NCBI GenBank assembly: GCA_012838065.1
Contig: DUPY01000025.1
Location: forward strand, 21,785-85,784
Length of the DNA stretch: 64,000 bases
Direction of reading: 5' to 3'
From: Acholeplasma sp.
GTDB taxonomy: Bacteria; Bacillota_I; Bacilli_A; Acholeplasmatales; Acholeplasmataceae
The number at the start of each line of letters is the position of its first letter. Position 1 is the stretch's first letter. The notes under the pieces are model-generated. The model saw only the letters and a list, made by a program, of their open reading frames with translations. It was not told the origin of the DNA and did not search any database. The position numbers and the translations under genes are program-made. This document shows positions 42,357 to 50,931 of the stretch, in pieces.

Positions 42357-45355
42357 GATATCACTTTTATCTTATCAATTAATGTTTGTTCATTTAATTG
42401 CTTATAAATTTTTCCTTCGATATATCGAATACCAATTTTTTCTAACTGTTCCTTCATTTCCTTAGTTTTAACATCTCTACATATTAAGGCAACTTGGAAA
42501 CCATGTAGTATTTCGTTTAAATTTTTTAAATACATTAACCATCGATCCGATAATTCTTTTACTTCTAGATGAAGTGCGTGATAATTTGCAGATAACGCTT
42601 GTTCGGTTATTTTCGTATCCAACGAAATGCCAAAATTTATAAGTTCTTGTACTTTAAATAAATAACTTTGTGAACGCATTTGACTGTCGGTAACAATCCG
42701 TATAAATTCTGCTGGAATTTGATATTTACGAATCGTACCAATTAAAAATTCATTAAATCCCGTTTCAATGAACGTTGTTTTTGACACTTGAATCGTTATA
42801 CGAATCAGTTTATTTGTTTCTTTTTCTAATCGTTGTAAAAAACGACACACGGCTTCAATATGATATTTTTCTAAATCAATGAGTCGATTTCGTTTTTGTG
42901 CAATTGTGTATAAATATTTACTATCAATATTCAAGTGTTCTAAAGTAACTTGACTTTCATATTGCCAAATACGGTTATGCTTAATATCCGTAATTTGATT
43001 AAAACTCAAGACTAGTTGTTTTAACTCTAATGCTTGATTTAATTGATCTATAACGTTTTGTTCAAATACTTCGTTTTCATAATCCGTATAGACAAAGAAA
43101 TGATAGTTTGTATCTTGATTACGTTTTGATATTTCAAGTCCAACATCTAAATATTTAAATATATGTTCATGATTTGTATCGGTTGTTACTACAGGATATC
43201 GTAAGATACTTGCATATGCTTTAAATTTCTCATATGGAATTGAAACGGCTTGATATGTTTCTAAATATCTATAATAATCTTTAATCGCCTTCGTAACACT
43301 TCGTATATCGTTGTATGGTAAGACAACCATAACTTGATTGAAATCAAAGCGATAACAAATAGATTCGTCAATTTGTTTTTTTGTGACATTGGCAAATTCT
43401 TTTAAAAACTGCATCATTTTTGCCGACCCATAGATGCTTTTAACACTCATATCAAGTTCGAGTAATATAAATGTTGCTTTATCACTTAAATAGTGGTCAA
43501 TATTATCAATTAATGCATGTTTGTTTGATAGCCCTGTTTCGAAATCAATTGTTGCTTTTTCGTAAAGCGAGCTTTTATTTTCATAGTCTTGTGTCATATC
43601 ATTAAATATGGAAATAATATGAATTGTATCTTCAAATTTTAATGAGTACATATGTTCTTCAATAAACTTATCCTGATATTGATAACTTATTTTTTCATAG
43701 GCACCTTCATGGTTAAACAACCGTTTAACTAAGTCTTTATAAGGATGAACTTTATCATAAATAACATCCTTTAAAAAGACTTCTAAATGTTCGTAAGTCG
43801 CAATGTTAAGCATGCGCTTAGCACCTTCATTGTATTTTGAAGAAATATCCGTCATGTCACGATAAGCAACAATTGGACAATTAAGAATTTTCATGTAATA
43901 GTCATTTTTAGAACGTAAGCGACCTAAACTTCTTTCATCTAAAAGCTTTGCTTCTAATATTGTAGCAATCCCTTTATAAAGATCATAATAAATCGTTGGG
44001 TCGGTTATTTTCTCTTCTAAATGTATAATAAATACACCAAAATCACTTAAAGGAAATGCATACACATATTGGATATCATCATAATATGGCATTTGAGTAA
44101 GAATGTTTTTAAACTTTAAGTCTTCAAAACTACCAAAGAATGAATCACTTTCTTCCATAACTTTTTCAATAAGTGTGTTTTTACACAATGCATCCAAAAT
44201 ATGCTTATCATAAAGACGTTCTTTTTTATAGTGAAATAAGTTTGCCTCATCGCTCTTGCGATATAAAATATACTCTTTGGCATCAACTTTATGATCAAGA
44301 TGCATGAAGAAAATACGCAAATAATCTCTCAATTTTAAATTTTCATCAATTTGATGTGAAAAAGTTAAAGCTTCTAAAATAATATGGAAATGTTTTAGCA
44401 GTTGTGAAGGCGCTTTTTCCTCTGTCCTTGGAACTAAGACTTCAACAACTGTTTTTTCTTCGACTTCAGCTGCCTTTTCTTGAATTTGTTTTGATAATAC
44501 TTTCTTTAATTTTTTATATTTATCTTCATAATGTTTTAAAGAAATATCATTTCTAAATAAATTTTGATAAAAATTAATAATAAGTTTGTATGCTTTTTCT
44601 CGAACTTCAACAGGTTCGTTATCAATGAGTTCTTCATATTCAGGTTCTAAAATTGTAACTTTATCGTATAAGTTTAACGTAATATATGCTTCCATCAGTA
44701 ATATACCTAAGCGAACGTTACGTTTATCTTTTAACCTTAAATTTTCCCCATGTGTAATGACATGCTCATAGTTTCTAAGTTTATAATGAAGTTCTAAAAT
44801 TTCCAAATCATAGTTTTGTGACTCATCTTTTTCATTTAATTCTGTTAAATATTTTAAAGCTTCATGGTAATCACGAGCATTCATATAAAATTCATATAAA
44901 TGTTTTAATGCATAAATTTGCCAATTATTTTTTGGGGCTTCCTTATAAAGTCTTAACAATTCATCTAAATAGGGTTCTCCAGCAGTTTGTTTATACTCAA
45001 TTAAATCAACCGTATATAAAAAAGATTGAACCATCGGTAAAATTGTTTTTCTAATTTCAATATATTGATAGGCTATATCTAACTTATCAAGTTTCATTGC
45101 GCTATCAATTAAGTATTTTAAAACTTGATGATTTTTTTCTTTATAGTCTCTATCTAAAAACTTTTCGTAAAAAATTGCACCTTGTGTGATAACGATTTCA
45201 AAAAGATTTAATTCAAACGCCATTTCGATATACTTAAAAAAGGCTTGATAATATTCTTTATCTGACAAGCTTTGGTCAAGATATGACTTTATAATATTTA
45301 AGTTTTCAGCTCGTGTTTCCAGTTTTAAAATATCGGTTAGCTTCAAATTAATCAC
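42353..45355 (-). CDS. 1000-aa multidomain protein: TPR-like N-terminus, GAF-like and PAS-like blocks, degenerate GGDEF and degenerate EAL domains
   Basis: The GGDEF-domain entry motif is retained (DFETGLSNK versus DxLTGLxNR), but the active site reads R-F-D-F-N-Q in place of R-x-G-G-[DE]-E-F. The EAL-domain scaffold is recognisable (ALELKQLVLSFNQ..., IRITIQVS, FIRIVTDS, GISLDTK, ICRDVKT, IEGKIY), with most catalytic residues replaced. The N-terminal 290 aa form helical repeats rich in Y/L/E/K. Confidence 0.7.
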   Translation of the reverse strand: MINLKLTDILKLETRAENLNIIKSYLDQSLSDKEYYQAFFKYIEMAFELNLFEIVITQGAIFYEKFLDRDYKEKNHQVLKYLIDSAMKLDKLDIAYQYIEIRKTILPMVQSFLYTVDLIEYKQTAGEPYLDELLRLYKEAPKNNWQIYALKHLYEFYMNARDYHEALKYLTELNEKDESQNYDLEILELHYKLRNYEHVITHGENLRLKDKRNVRLGILLMEAYITLNLYDKVTILEPEYEELIDNEPVEVREKAYKLIINFYQNLFRNDISLKHYEDKYKKLKKVLSKQIQEKAAEVEEKTVVEVLVPRTEEKAPSQLLKHFHIILEALTFSHQIDENLKLRDYLRIFFMHLDHKVDAKEYILYRKSDEANLFHYKKERLYDKHILDALCKNTLIEKVMEESDSFFGSFEDLKFKNILTQMPYYDDIQYVYAFPLSDFGVFIIHLEEKITDPTIYYDLYKGIATILEAKLLDERSLGRLRSKNDYYMKILNCPIVAYRDMTDISSKYNEGAKRMLNIATYEHLEVFLKDVIYDKVHPYKDLVKRLFNHEGAYEKISYQYQDKFIEEHMYSLKFEDTIHIISIFNDMTQDYENKSSLYEKATIDFETGLSNKHALIDNIDHYLSDKATFILLELDMSVKSIYGSAKMMQFLKEFANVTKKQIDESICYRFDFNQVMVVLPYNDIRSVTKAIKDYYRYLETYQAVSIPYEKFKAYASILRYPVVTTDTNHEHIFKYLDVGLEISKRNQDTNYHFFVYTDYENEVFEQNVIDQLNQALELKQLVLSFNQITDIKHNRIWQYESQVTLEHLNIDSKYLYTIAQKRNRLIDLEKYHIEAVCRFLQRLEKETNKLIRITIQVSKTTFIETGFNEFLIGTIRKYQIPAEFIRIVTDSQMRSQSYLFKVQELINFGISLDTKITEQALSANYHALHLEVKELSDRWLMYLKNLNEILHGFQVALICRDVKTKEMKEQLEKIGIRYIEGKIYKQLNEQTLIDKIKVIS

Positions 45356-46211
45356 CCTTCATTTCTAAATATAGTGTGTGTGCTAAGTTTAAATATTTTT
45401 CTGCTAATAATTTAAAATCAAAATGTAATTCTTCACTCAATCCAATAGCCTCTTTGTTTAAGGCAACTTGGTGCCACTGGAGTGCTTGATACATACGATA
45501 GAATCGTACATGGTCAGCTTCAGACTTCGTTGGTTTTCTTTCTAAATATGCTTCAAGTAACATTAACGCATCGTCAAACTTTACGTTTCCAAAGCTTGCA
45601 ATGTCATAATATGGATCGTTTAAAGCCGCATATTCCCAGTCTAATAGATAGAGTTGATTGTTAGCTAGTACCATGTTTGATCGTTGTGCATCGTTATGAC
45701 AAAAAACCTTTGGATATTTTTGGTATACTTCTTCATACATTTGAAACCATTTTGATTTTAACTCTAAATACTTTTCACTACGACAATTGATGTATGACTC
45801 ATAACGTTCTAATCGTTTTTTTAGTTCATAATCCTTAAATGGTTCAATTTTTGAATTGTGTAACTTCTTAAGTGTTTCCGCGATTTTTGGTAAATGATCC
45901 ATGATGTCTAATTCTGTTAATACTGTACCTGGTATATATTTGGCAATTTTAACACCAGTTTTAGTATCAAAAAAGACTGTTTCATTATTTAATCCTAGTG
46001 GAATGATACGTTTAATGTTTTCGAGTTCTTCCACACGATCAACATATAAATTACCTGCTTTGCCAATAAGTCTAATCGTATAATCAATGTCTTTTGCTTG
46101 AATGTGATATGTAAAGTGGCTCATGCCACCCAAAAGTCTTTTAACAATTTTTATATCGTTTTCTTCAATATTTAAAGCTTTTGCAGCTGTTGTAATAATT
46201 AATTCATTCAT
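45348..46211 (-). CDS. Choline/ethanolamine-kinase-fold phosphotransferase (LicA-like)
   Basis: Brenner motif FCHNDAQRSNMVL and LLDWEYAALNDPYYDIA, the choline-kinase signature. 8-nt overlap with the downstream 1000-aa ORF and 4-nt overlap with the upstream gene. Confidence 0.8.
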   Translation of the reverse strand: MNELIITTAAKALNIEENDIKIVKRLLGGMSHFTYHIQAKDIDYTIRLIGKAGNLYVDRVEELENIKRIIPLGLNNETVFFDTKTGVKIAKYIPGTVLTELDIMDHLPKIAETLKKLHNSKIEPFKDYELKKRLERYESYINCRSEKYLELKSKWFQMYEEVYQKYPKVFCHNDAQRSNMVLANNQLYLLDWEYAALNDPYYDIASFGNVKFDDALMLLEAYLERKPTKSEADHVRFYRMYQALQWHQVALNKEAIGLSEELHFDFKLLAEKYLNLAHTLYLEMKGD

Positions 46212-46645
46212 AATTTATAAAACTCTACCTTTCCATTGTCAAAAATTGCATAACTTCGCTCATAATCAGATAATGCACCTGGGTTTAAAAACAATACGCC
46301 TTTGATAACTTTACTATAGCGCATATGGGTGTGTCCAAAAATACAAATGTTCACATCTAAAGACTTTGCTTTATCGACAAGCAAATCAAGATTTCGCTTC
46401 ACATAATATAAATGGCCATGTGTTAATAAGATTTTTAAACCTTCATGTTCTAATAGTCGCATTTCAGGAAGTTTTGAAAAAAAATCGGTATTTCCTTTGA
46501 CAGATAAAATGTTTTGCTCGTCTAAGTAACTTTCAGATAATCCAATATCACCGGCATTGAGGTGATACATATTTGGGTGTTTTTTTATTACTTCTTCAAG
46601 TAAACTTTTCTTACCATGAACATCACTTGTTATAAGTATTTTCAT
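46208..46645 (-). CDS. YfcE/YsnB-family metallophosphoesterase
   Basis: DVHG, GDIG, GNTD, THGH and GHTH metal-binding motifs in the canonical order. Follows rdgB, as ysnB does in Bacillus. Confidence 0.85.
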   Translation of the reverse strand: MKILITSDVHGKKSLLEEVIKKHPNMYHLNAGDIGLSESYLDEQNILSVKGNTDFFSKLPEMRLLEHEGLKILLTHGHLYYVKRNLDLLVDKAKSLDVNICIFGHTHMRYSKVIKGVLFLNPGALSDYERSYAIFDNGKVEFYKL

Positions 46646-47207
46646 AAATGTACCTCTTAAATTTAGCTAAAGCCTTACTACGGTGAGAAATACGATTTTT
46701 TAATGAACCAAGCTCTGCTAATGTTTTATTGTATCGCTTGAGATAAAAGATTGGATCATATCCGAACCCTTGAACGCCTTTCATTTCATAGTGAATTGCG
46801 CCGTATAATCTTCCTTTAAACGAGTGTAGGTCACCATGTTTGTTTATATAGACTAAAACACATTCAAAATGTGCTTTTCTTTCTGTCTCCTTATTTAAAT
46901 TGCTAAGGAGTTTTAAATTGTTTTCATAATCACCTTTACCACTATAACGACTTGAATAAACGCCAGGTTGATTGTTTAATACCTTGACAACAAGTCCAGA
47001 ATCATCAGAAATAACCGGTAGGTTATATTTTTGAAAATAATAATTTGCTTTTATATACGCATTTTCATAAAAAGTAAGTCCCGTTTCTTCAACTTCATCC
47101 GTATCATTTAGATCCGCTAAAGATATAACCTCAAACTCTGTATTTTTTAGTATTTCTTTAAATTCATTTATTTTTCCTTTATTGTGACTTGCGACTAATA
47201 ATTTCAT
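46623..47207 (-). CDS. rdgB: Non-canonical purine NTP pyrophosphatase (RdgB/HAM1 family)
   Basis: ASHNKGKINEF N-terminus, SDDSGLVV, and FGYDPIF...SHRSKA C-terminal motifs. Confidence 0.9.
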   Translation of the reverse strand: MKLLVASHNKGKINEFKEILKNTEFEVISLADLNDTDEVEETGLTFYENAYIKANYYFQKYNLPVISDDSGLVVKVLNNQPGVYSSRYSGKGDYENNLKLLSNLNKETERKAHFECVLVYINKHGDLHSFKGRLYGAIHYEMKGVQGFGYDPIFYLKRYNKTLAELGSLKNRISHRSKALAKFKRYIYENTYNK

Positions 47208-47238
47208 GGTTACTCCTCTTTAGATATTTTACCACAAT

Positions 47239-47269
47239 TTGCTTAGATTCATCCGTTTTAATGTATAAT
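47239..47269 (+). promoter_or_regulatory. Candidate promoter for the CPBP gene
   Basis: TTGCTT-19 nt-TATAAT (TG immediately upstream), followed by GGTGA-ttac-ATG(47286). The spacer is longer than optimal. Confidence 0.35.
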
Positions 47270-47285
47270 AGAATACGGTGATTAC

Positions 47286-48425
47286 ATGGAACAAAATAAC
47301 ATTGATTTAAATAAAAAACAAAATATGAATAGCGAATATCGTTATATGTTTATCATTGTATACTATTTCATTTTGGCTCAACTCGCTTTGGCGTTACTTA
47401 TTATGCCTATTTTAGGTCAATTTATTGACCCTTACGATGATAGTTTAGCCTATGAGAATACAATTGGTGAAGTGCTTTATGATATCAACGGTATTGCACT
47501 TTTTGATGATGCATCCTATACCCTCATAAATGAAACCTACGAATTAACATCAATTATTCCTGAGTTTATTTACGAGGATTACAAGAATTTCGAACTTATT
47601 CATGGTGGTATTTATAAAGGATACCATGTCATTTTTAATAGTTATAATAAAGCGTTTGAAGCAAACTTAAATGTTGATCAAAACGGACTTGACGAGATAT
47701 TCCTTGAAAATTTGTTTACTGGAACAGTAAGTGAATGGGCGGCTGGCGAACCAATTAGAGTCTATGTTGCAAACTCAAGAAATATACCGAATGTTTATTT
47801 AGATAATCTTAATCTTTTAGATTTAAAACATTTCAAACTTGTAGGTGTTCAAGCAGCTAATTATTCAAGTATCTTAAATTTTATCTATTTTATACTCTTA
47901 GTTATTCCAATGATTTATATACTGAAACACGAGTTTATTGACGACTACAAAGCCTTTAAACGTATTGAAAAAGAAAAGATATTAACGGGTGTTGCATTGT
48001 TATTTGCAACAAGTATTGTCTTAAATTATGCATCAGTCTTACTAAAACTACTTTTTGGCTTACCCTTTGGTTCTTCAGTTAATCAACGAGCGATTGAATC
48101 GTCCATGGTTTTTCCTGGAGCGATATTTATGATAAGCGCTGCTGTCATTTTAGGTCCATTAGTTGAAGAAATTGTCTTTAGACATGTTGGTTTTAAATTT
48201 ATTAAAAATCCAAAGATAGCTCTTATTGTTACATCACTTATTTTTGGGTTGATACATGTTTCGAGTGAGCCTAATATTTTATATGCAATTACACAAGGTA
48301 TTACATATATTGGTTTAGGTTTGATACTTGGTACACTTTACTTAAAAAACAATCAAAACTTAATGACAATCTTTTTAATACATGCAATATATAACGGTAT
48401 CTCCGTATTGCTTATGTTTTTATAA
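47286..48425 (+). CDS. CPBP (CAAX protease / bacteriocin-processing, Abi) family intramembrane metalloprotease with an extra N-terminal extracytoplasmic domain
   Basis: C-terminal LVEEIVFRHVGF (EExxxR), FGLIHV (FxxxH) and IHAIYNG (HxxxN) motifs. The N-terminus has one TM helix plus a non-hydrophobic domain of about 145 aa. Confidence 0.8.
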   Translation: MEQNNIDLNKKQNMNSEYRYMFIIVYYFILAQLALALLIMPILGQFIDPYDDSLAYENTIGEVLYDINGIALFDDASYTLINETYELTSIIPEFIYEDYKNFELIHGGIYKGYHVIFNSYNKAFEANLNVDQNGLDEIFLENLFTGTVSEWAAGEPIRVYVANSRNIPNVYLDNLNLLDLKHFKLVGVQAANYSSILNFIYFILLVIPMIYILKHEFIDDYKAFKRIEKEKILTGVALLFATSIVLNYASVLLKLLFGLPFGSSVNQRAIESSMVFPGAIFMISAAVILGPLVEEIVFRHVGFKFIKNPKIALIVTSLIFGLIHVSSEPNILYAITQGITYIGLGLILGTLYLKNNQNLMTIFLIHAIYNGISVLLMFL

Positions 48426-48434
48426 GGTGAAATC

Positions 48435-48464
48435 AAAAAACAAGCTTGCAAGCTTGTTTTTTTA
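48435..48464. terminator. Bidirectional terminator (CPBP gene / ankyrin gene)
   Basis: AACAAGCTT-gca-AGCTTGTT hairpin flanked by A6 and T7, between convergent stops. Confidence 0.8.
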
Positions 48465-48470
48465 TTGATT

Positions 48471-49421
48471 CTAAATTACTGGATAATTTTTTAAAAGTGC
48501 AATGATGTTTTGAAATCCATACATTTTTGCATGATCATAGGCTGTTAATTGAAATTGATCTTTACGTTGTAAAACATCATTTTCAATAAGTCTTCTTACA
48601 TAGACATGATCACGATTTAATACCGCAATTGATAGTGCTTGCTGTTTACTTAAACGTTCATATTTTGGTGTGATTTGATAGGTTCTTAATGCTTCTAATA
48701 TTTCTGTTTTATCGTGAATTTTAGCTAAATCAATAACCGTTTCGTATCTTCTATTTTTTATTTCAATGTAGGAATCATAATTAAGAAGTAAGTGAACTGT
48801 TTCGACAGTACCGAATTTTACAGCATTAAACAATGGTGTTTCAAATTGATCATTTAATGCATTTGCATTCATTTTATATTTCATACATGTTTTTATAACA
48901 TCCGGATTGCTTGTTTTTGCAGCATGATGTAAAAATGTATTTCCATACATATCGACATAATCAAAAGGTATGTCCGTATTTTTTAATAAATATTGAAATG
49001 CTTCGTTTTTTCCGCCTGAAATAGCATAGTGAATTGGTAATTTATCTTCACGCGTTTTTAACATAGGCGATATTTTAGCTTCCAAATAAAGCTTCATATT
49101 GTCGATATCCCCTTTAAATGCAGCTAAATGAAGTAAGGTTTCACCTTTTCTATTTGTTATATGGACATTTGCATGGTTATGAATGAGTAGTGTTGCAATA
49201 TCCATATAACCTTTTCTTGCCGCATCAAAAATAGGTGTTTCCCCATATATATCAACTTGATTAACATTATAATCGATTGAAAGTAAATATTTAATGACAT
49301 CCATTGCATAACCTGTAACGGCATAATGCAAGATGCCACGTTGGTTTGTGTCAACAACGTGCAATTCATCTTTATGCAATTTAATATACTCTAAATCGTT
49401 TGCAAGTGCTTTGGATAACAT
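48471..49421 (-). CDS. Ankyrin-repeat protein (about 7 repeats), no signal peptide
   Basis: Repeated G-x-T-[PL]-[LI]-H-x-A-x-x-x-G-like units: RGILHYAV, GETPIFDAARKG, GETLLHLAAFKG, KLPIHYAISGG, GNTFLHHAAKTS, FETPLFNAVKFG, YETVIDLAKIH. I place the start at ATG 49421 (MLSKAL) after GGAAGGTGA-tgtt. Confidence 0.85.
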   Translation of the reverse strand: MLSKALANDLEYIKLHKDELHVVDTNQRGILHYAVTGYAMDVIKYLLSIDYNVNQVDIYGETPIFDAARKGYMDIATLLIHNHANVHITNRKGETLLHLAAFKGDIDNMKLYLEAKISPMLKTREDKLPIHYAISGGKNEAFQYLLKNTDIPFDYVDMYGNTFLHHAAKTSNPDVIKTCMKYKMNANALNDQFETPLFNAVKFGTVETVHLLLNYDSYIEIKNRRYETVIDLAKIHDKTEILEALRTYQITPKYERLSKQQALSIAVLNRDHVYVRRLIENDVLQRKDQFQLTAYDHAKMYGFQNIIALLKNYPVI

Positions 49422-49497
49422 AACATCACCTTCCATAAGTCTATTTTACTTAAAATACGTGAAAACTTCAATCAATTATGCTATATTCCAATATTTA

Positions 49498-49529
49498 CAA
49501 AAAAAACTACAGCAAATTTTGCTGTAGTT
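49498..49529 (-). terminator. Rho-independent terminator after hup
   Basis: ACTACAGCAAA-TTTGCTGTAGT hairpin followed by T8 on the minus strand. Confidence 0.75.
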
Positions 49530-49540
49530 TCATCTAAAAA

Positions 49541-49816
49541 CTATTTAACGCGAGCCTTTAATAATTTCCCGGCTCTAAATGCTGGTGTTTTTTGAGCTGG
49601 TACTACGATTGCTTCACCAGTACGAGGATTTTGCCCGGCGCGAGCTGCACGATCTCTAACTTCAAATGTACCAAAGCCAGTTACAACAACTTTTTCACCA
49701 CGATCAGCTAATGTTTCAGTAACAATATCCGTAAATGTAGTAAGTACTTCTTCACATACTTTTTGAGTATGTCCACTACGATGTGCCATTAATGCGATTA
49801 ATTCAGTTTTGTTCAT
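49541..49816 (-). CDS. hup: DNA-binding protein HU
   Basis: MNKTELI..., GFGTFEVRDRAARAGQNPRTGEAI arm motif. 91 aa. Confidence 0.95.
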   Translation of the reverse strand: MNKTELIALMAHRSGHTQKVCEEVLTTFTDIVTETLADRGEKVVVTGFGTFEVRDRAARAGQNPRTGEAIVVPAQKTPAFRAGKLLKARVK

Positions 49817-49929
49817 TATTTTTCCTCCTTAAAAGTTAATTTATTATAACATATAAACGCTTACATTTGCAAACACTAAAATGCTTATTTTCTCGTTTTA
49901 TAGGTTAATAAAGTCTTAAAATATTGTTT

Positions 49930-50931
49930 CTATATGATTTCTTCTACTTTCAAGGTACGATTTAATAATTTTTCTAAAGCATCATCAATGCTTAGCCCTT
50001 CAAATAAAACTTCATAGGCTGTATTAATCATTGGTAAATCAATATCATGTTTTACACTTAACTGATGGACAGCATCAATGGTGCGAACACCCTCAATCGT
50101 TTGTTTTTCCATATCAAAAACTTGATTTAACGGAACACCCTGTCCGATTTTTTTACCTGCTTGAAAGTTTCGTGAATTTTCACTAGATGCTGTTACGATT
50201 AAATCACCAATACCTGTTAATCCAAACGCAGTATCTCTGCGGTCACCCATATGTTCAACAACACGGATGATTTCTAAAATGCCACGACTAATAAGTGCTG
50301 CTCTTGCGTTTTCACCTAAACCTAGTCCAGTGCATATACCTGAAATTACTGCAATTGCATTTTTAACCGCTCCGCCAACTTCCGCACCAATCAAATCGTT
50401 TGATGTATAAATACGCATGTATTTTGGGTTCGCAAATATTTGTTGAACATTTACTGCAAGGTCTGCATCCGCGCTTGCAGCAACTAAAAGCGTCACTTTT
50501 CGTTCAATAACTTCTTCTGCATGTGAAGGTCCTGTAAGTGCTACAAATCCTAAGAGCTTATCGCTATCAATTTCCTCACTTACAATTTCTGAGACACGTT
50601 TTGATGTTTCTGGCTCAATACCTTTTGATACGTTAATAAATACAGATTTTGTTTTAAGAACTTTATTTATGTTTTTTAAAACAATGCGCATCGCCTTTGT
50701 AGGCACACTCAAAACAAAGTAATTTGCAAAATCTGTTACTTTATTGATATCGTTGGTCGCCTTAATTTTTGGATCTAATGTATTATTGAAAAATGGATGT
50801 CTTCCTTGATTGTTGATTGCATCAATATGCTCTGGGTTGATTTCATAAATTAATACATCATGACCATTATCCACTAAAAGTTGCGCGAGTGTTGTTCCCC
50901 AAGCACCGCCGCCAATGACACTAATTTTCAT
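49930..50931 (-). CDS. gpsA: NAD(P)H-dependent glycerol-3-phosphate dehydrogenase
   Basis: [13 protein letters not shown] Rossmann motif and GAVKNAIAV. TAATG overlap with der. Confidence 0.93.
   Translation of the reverse strand: MKISVIGGGAWGTTLAQLLVDNGHDVLIYEINPEHIDAINNQGRHPFFNNTLDPKIKATNDINKVTDFANYFVLSVPTKAMRIVLKNINKVLKTKSVFINVSKGIEPETSKRVSEIVSEEIDSDKLLGFVALTGPSHAEEVIERKVTLLVAASADADLAVNVQQIFANPKYMRIYTSNDLIGAEVGGAVKNAIAVISGICTGLGLGENARAALISRGILEIIRVVEHMGDRRDTAFGLTGIGDLIVTASSENSRNFQAGKKIGQGVPLNQVFDMEKQTIEGVRTIDAVHQLSVKHDIDLPMINTAYEVLFEGLSIDDALEKLLNRTLKVEEII

Noticed and set aside
42356-43555. Annotating the 1000-aa protein as an active diguanylate cyclase/phosphodiesterase
   Set aside because: The GGDEF site reads FDFNQ, and most EAL catalytic residues are replaced. 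See the finding on the degenerate GGDEF and EAL domains.
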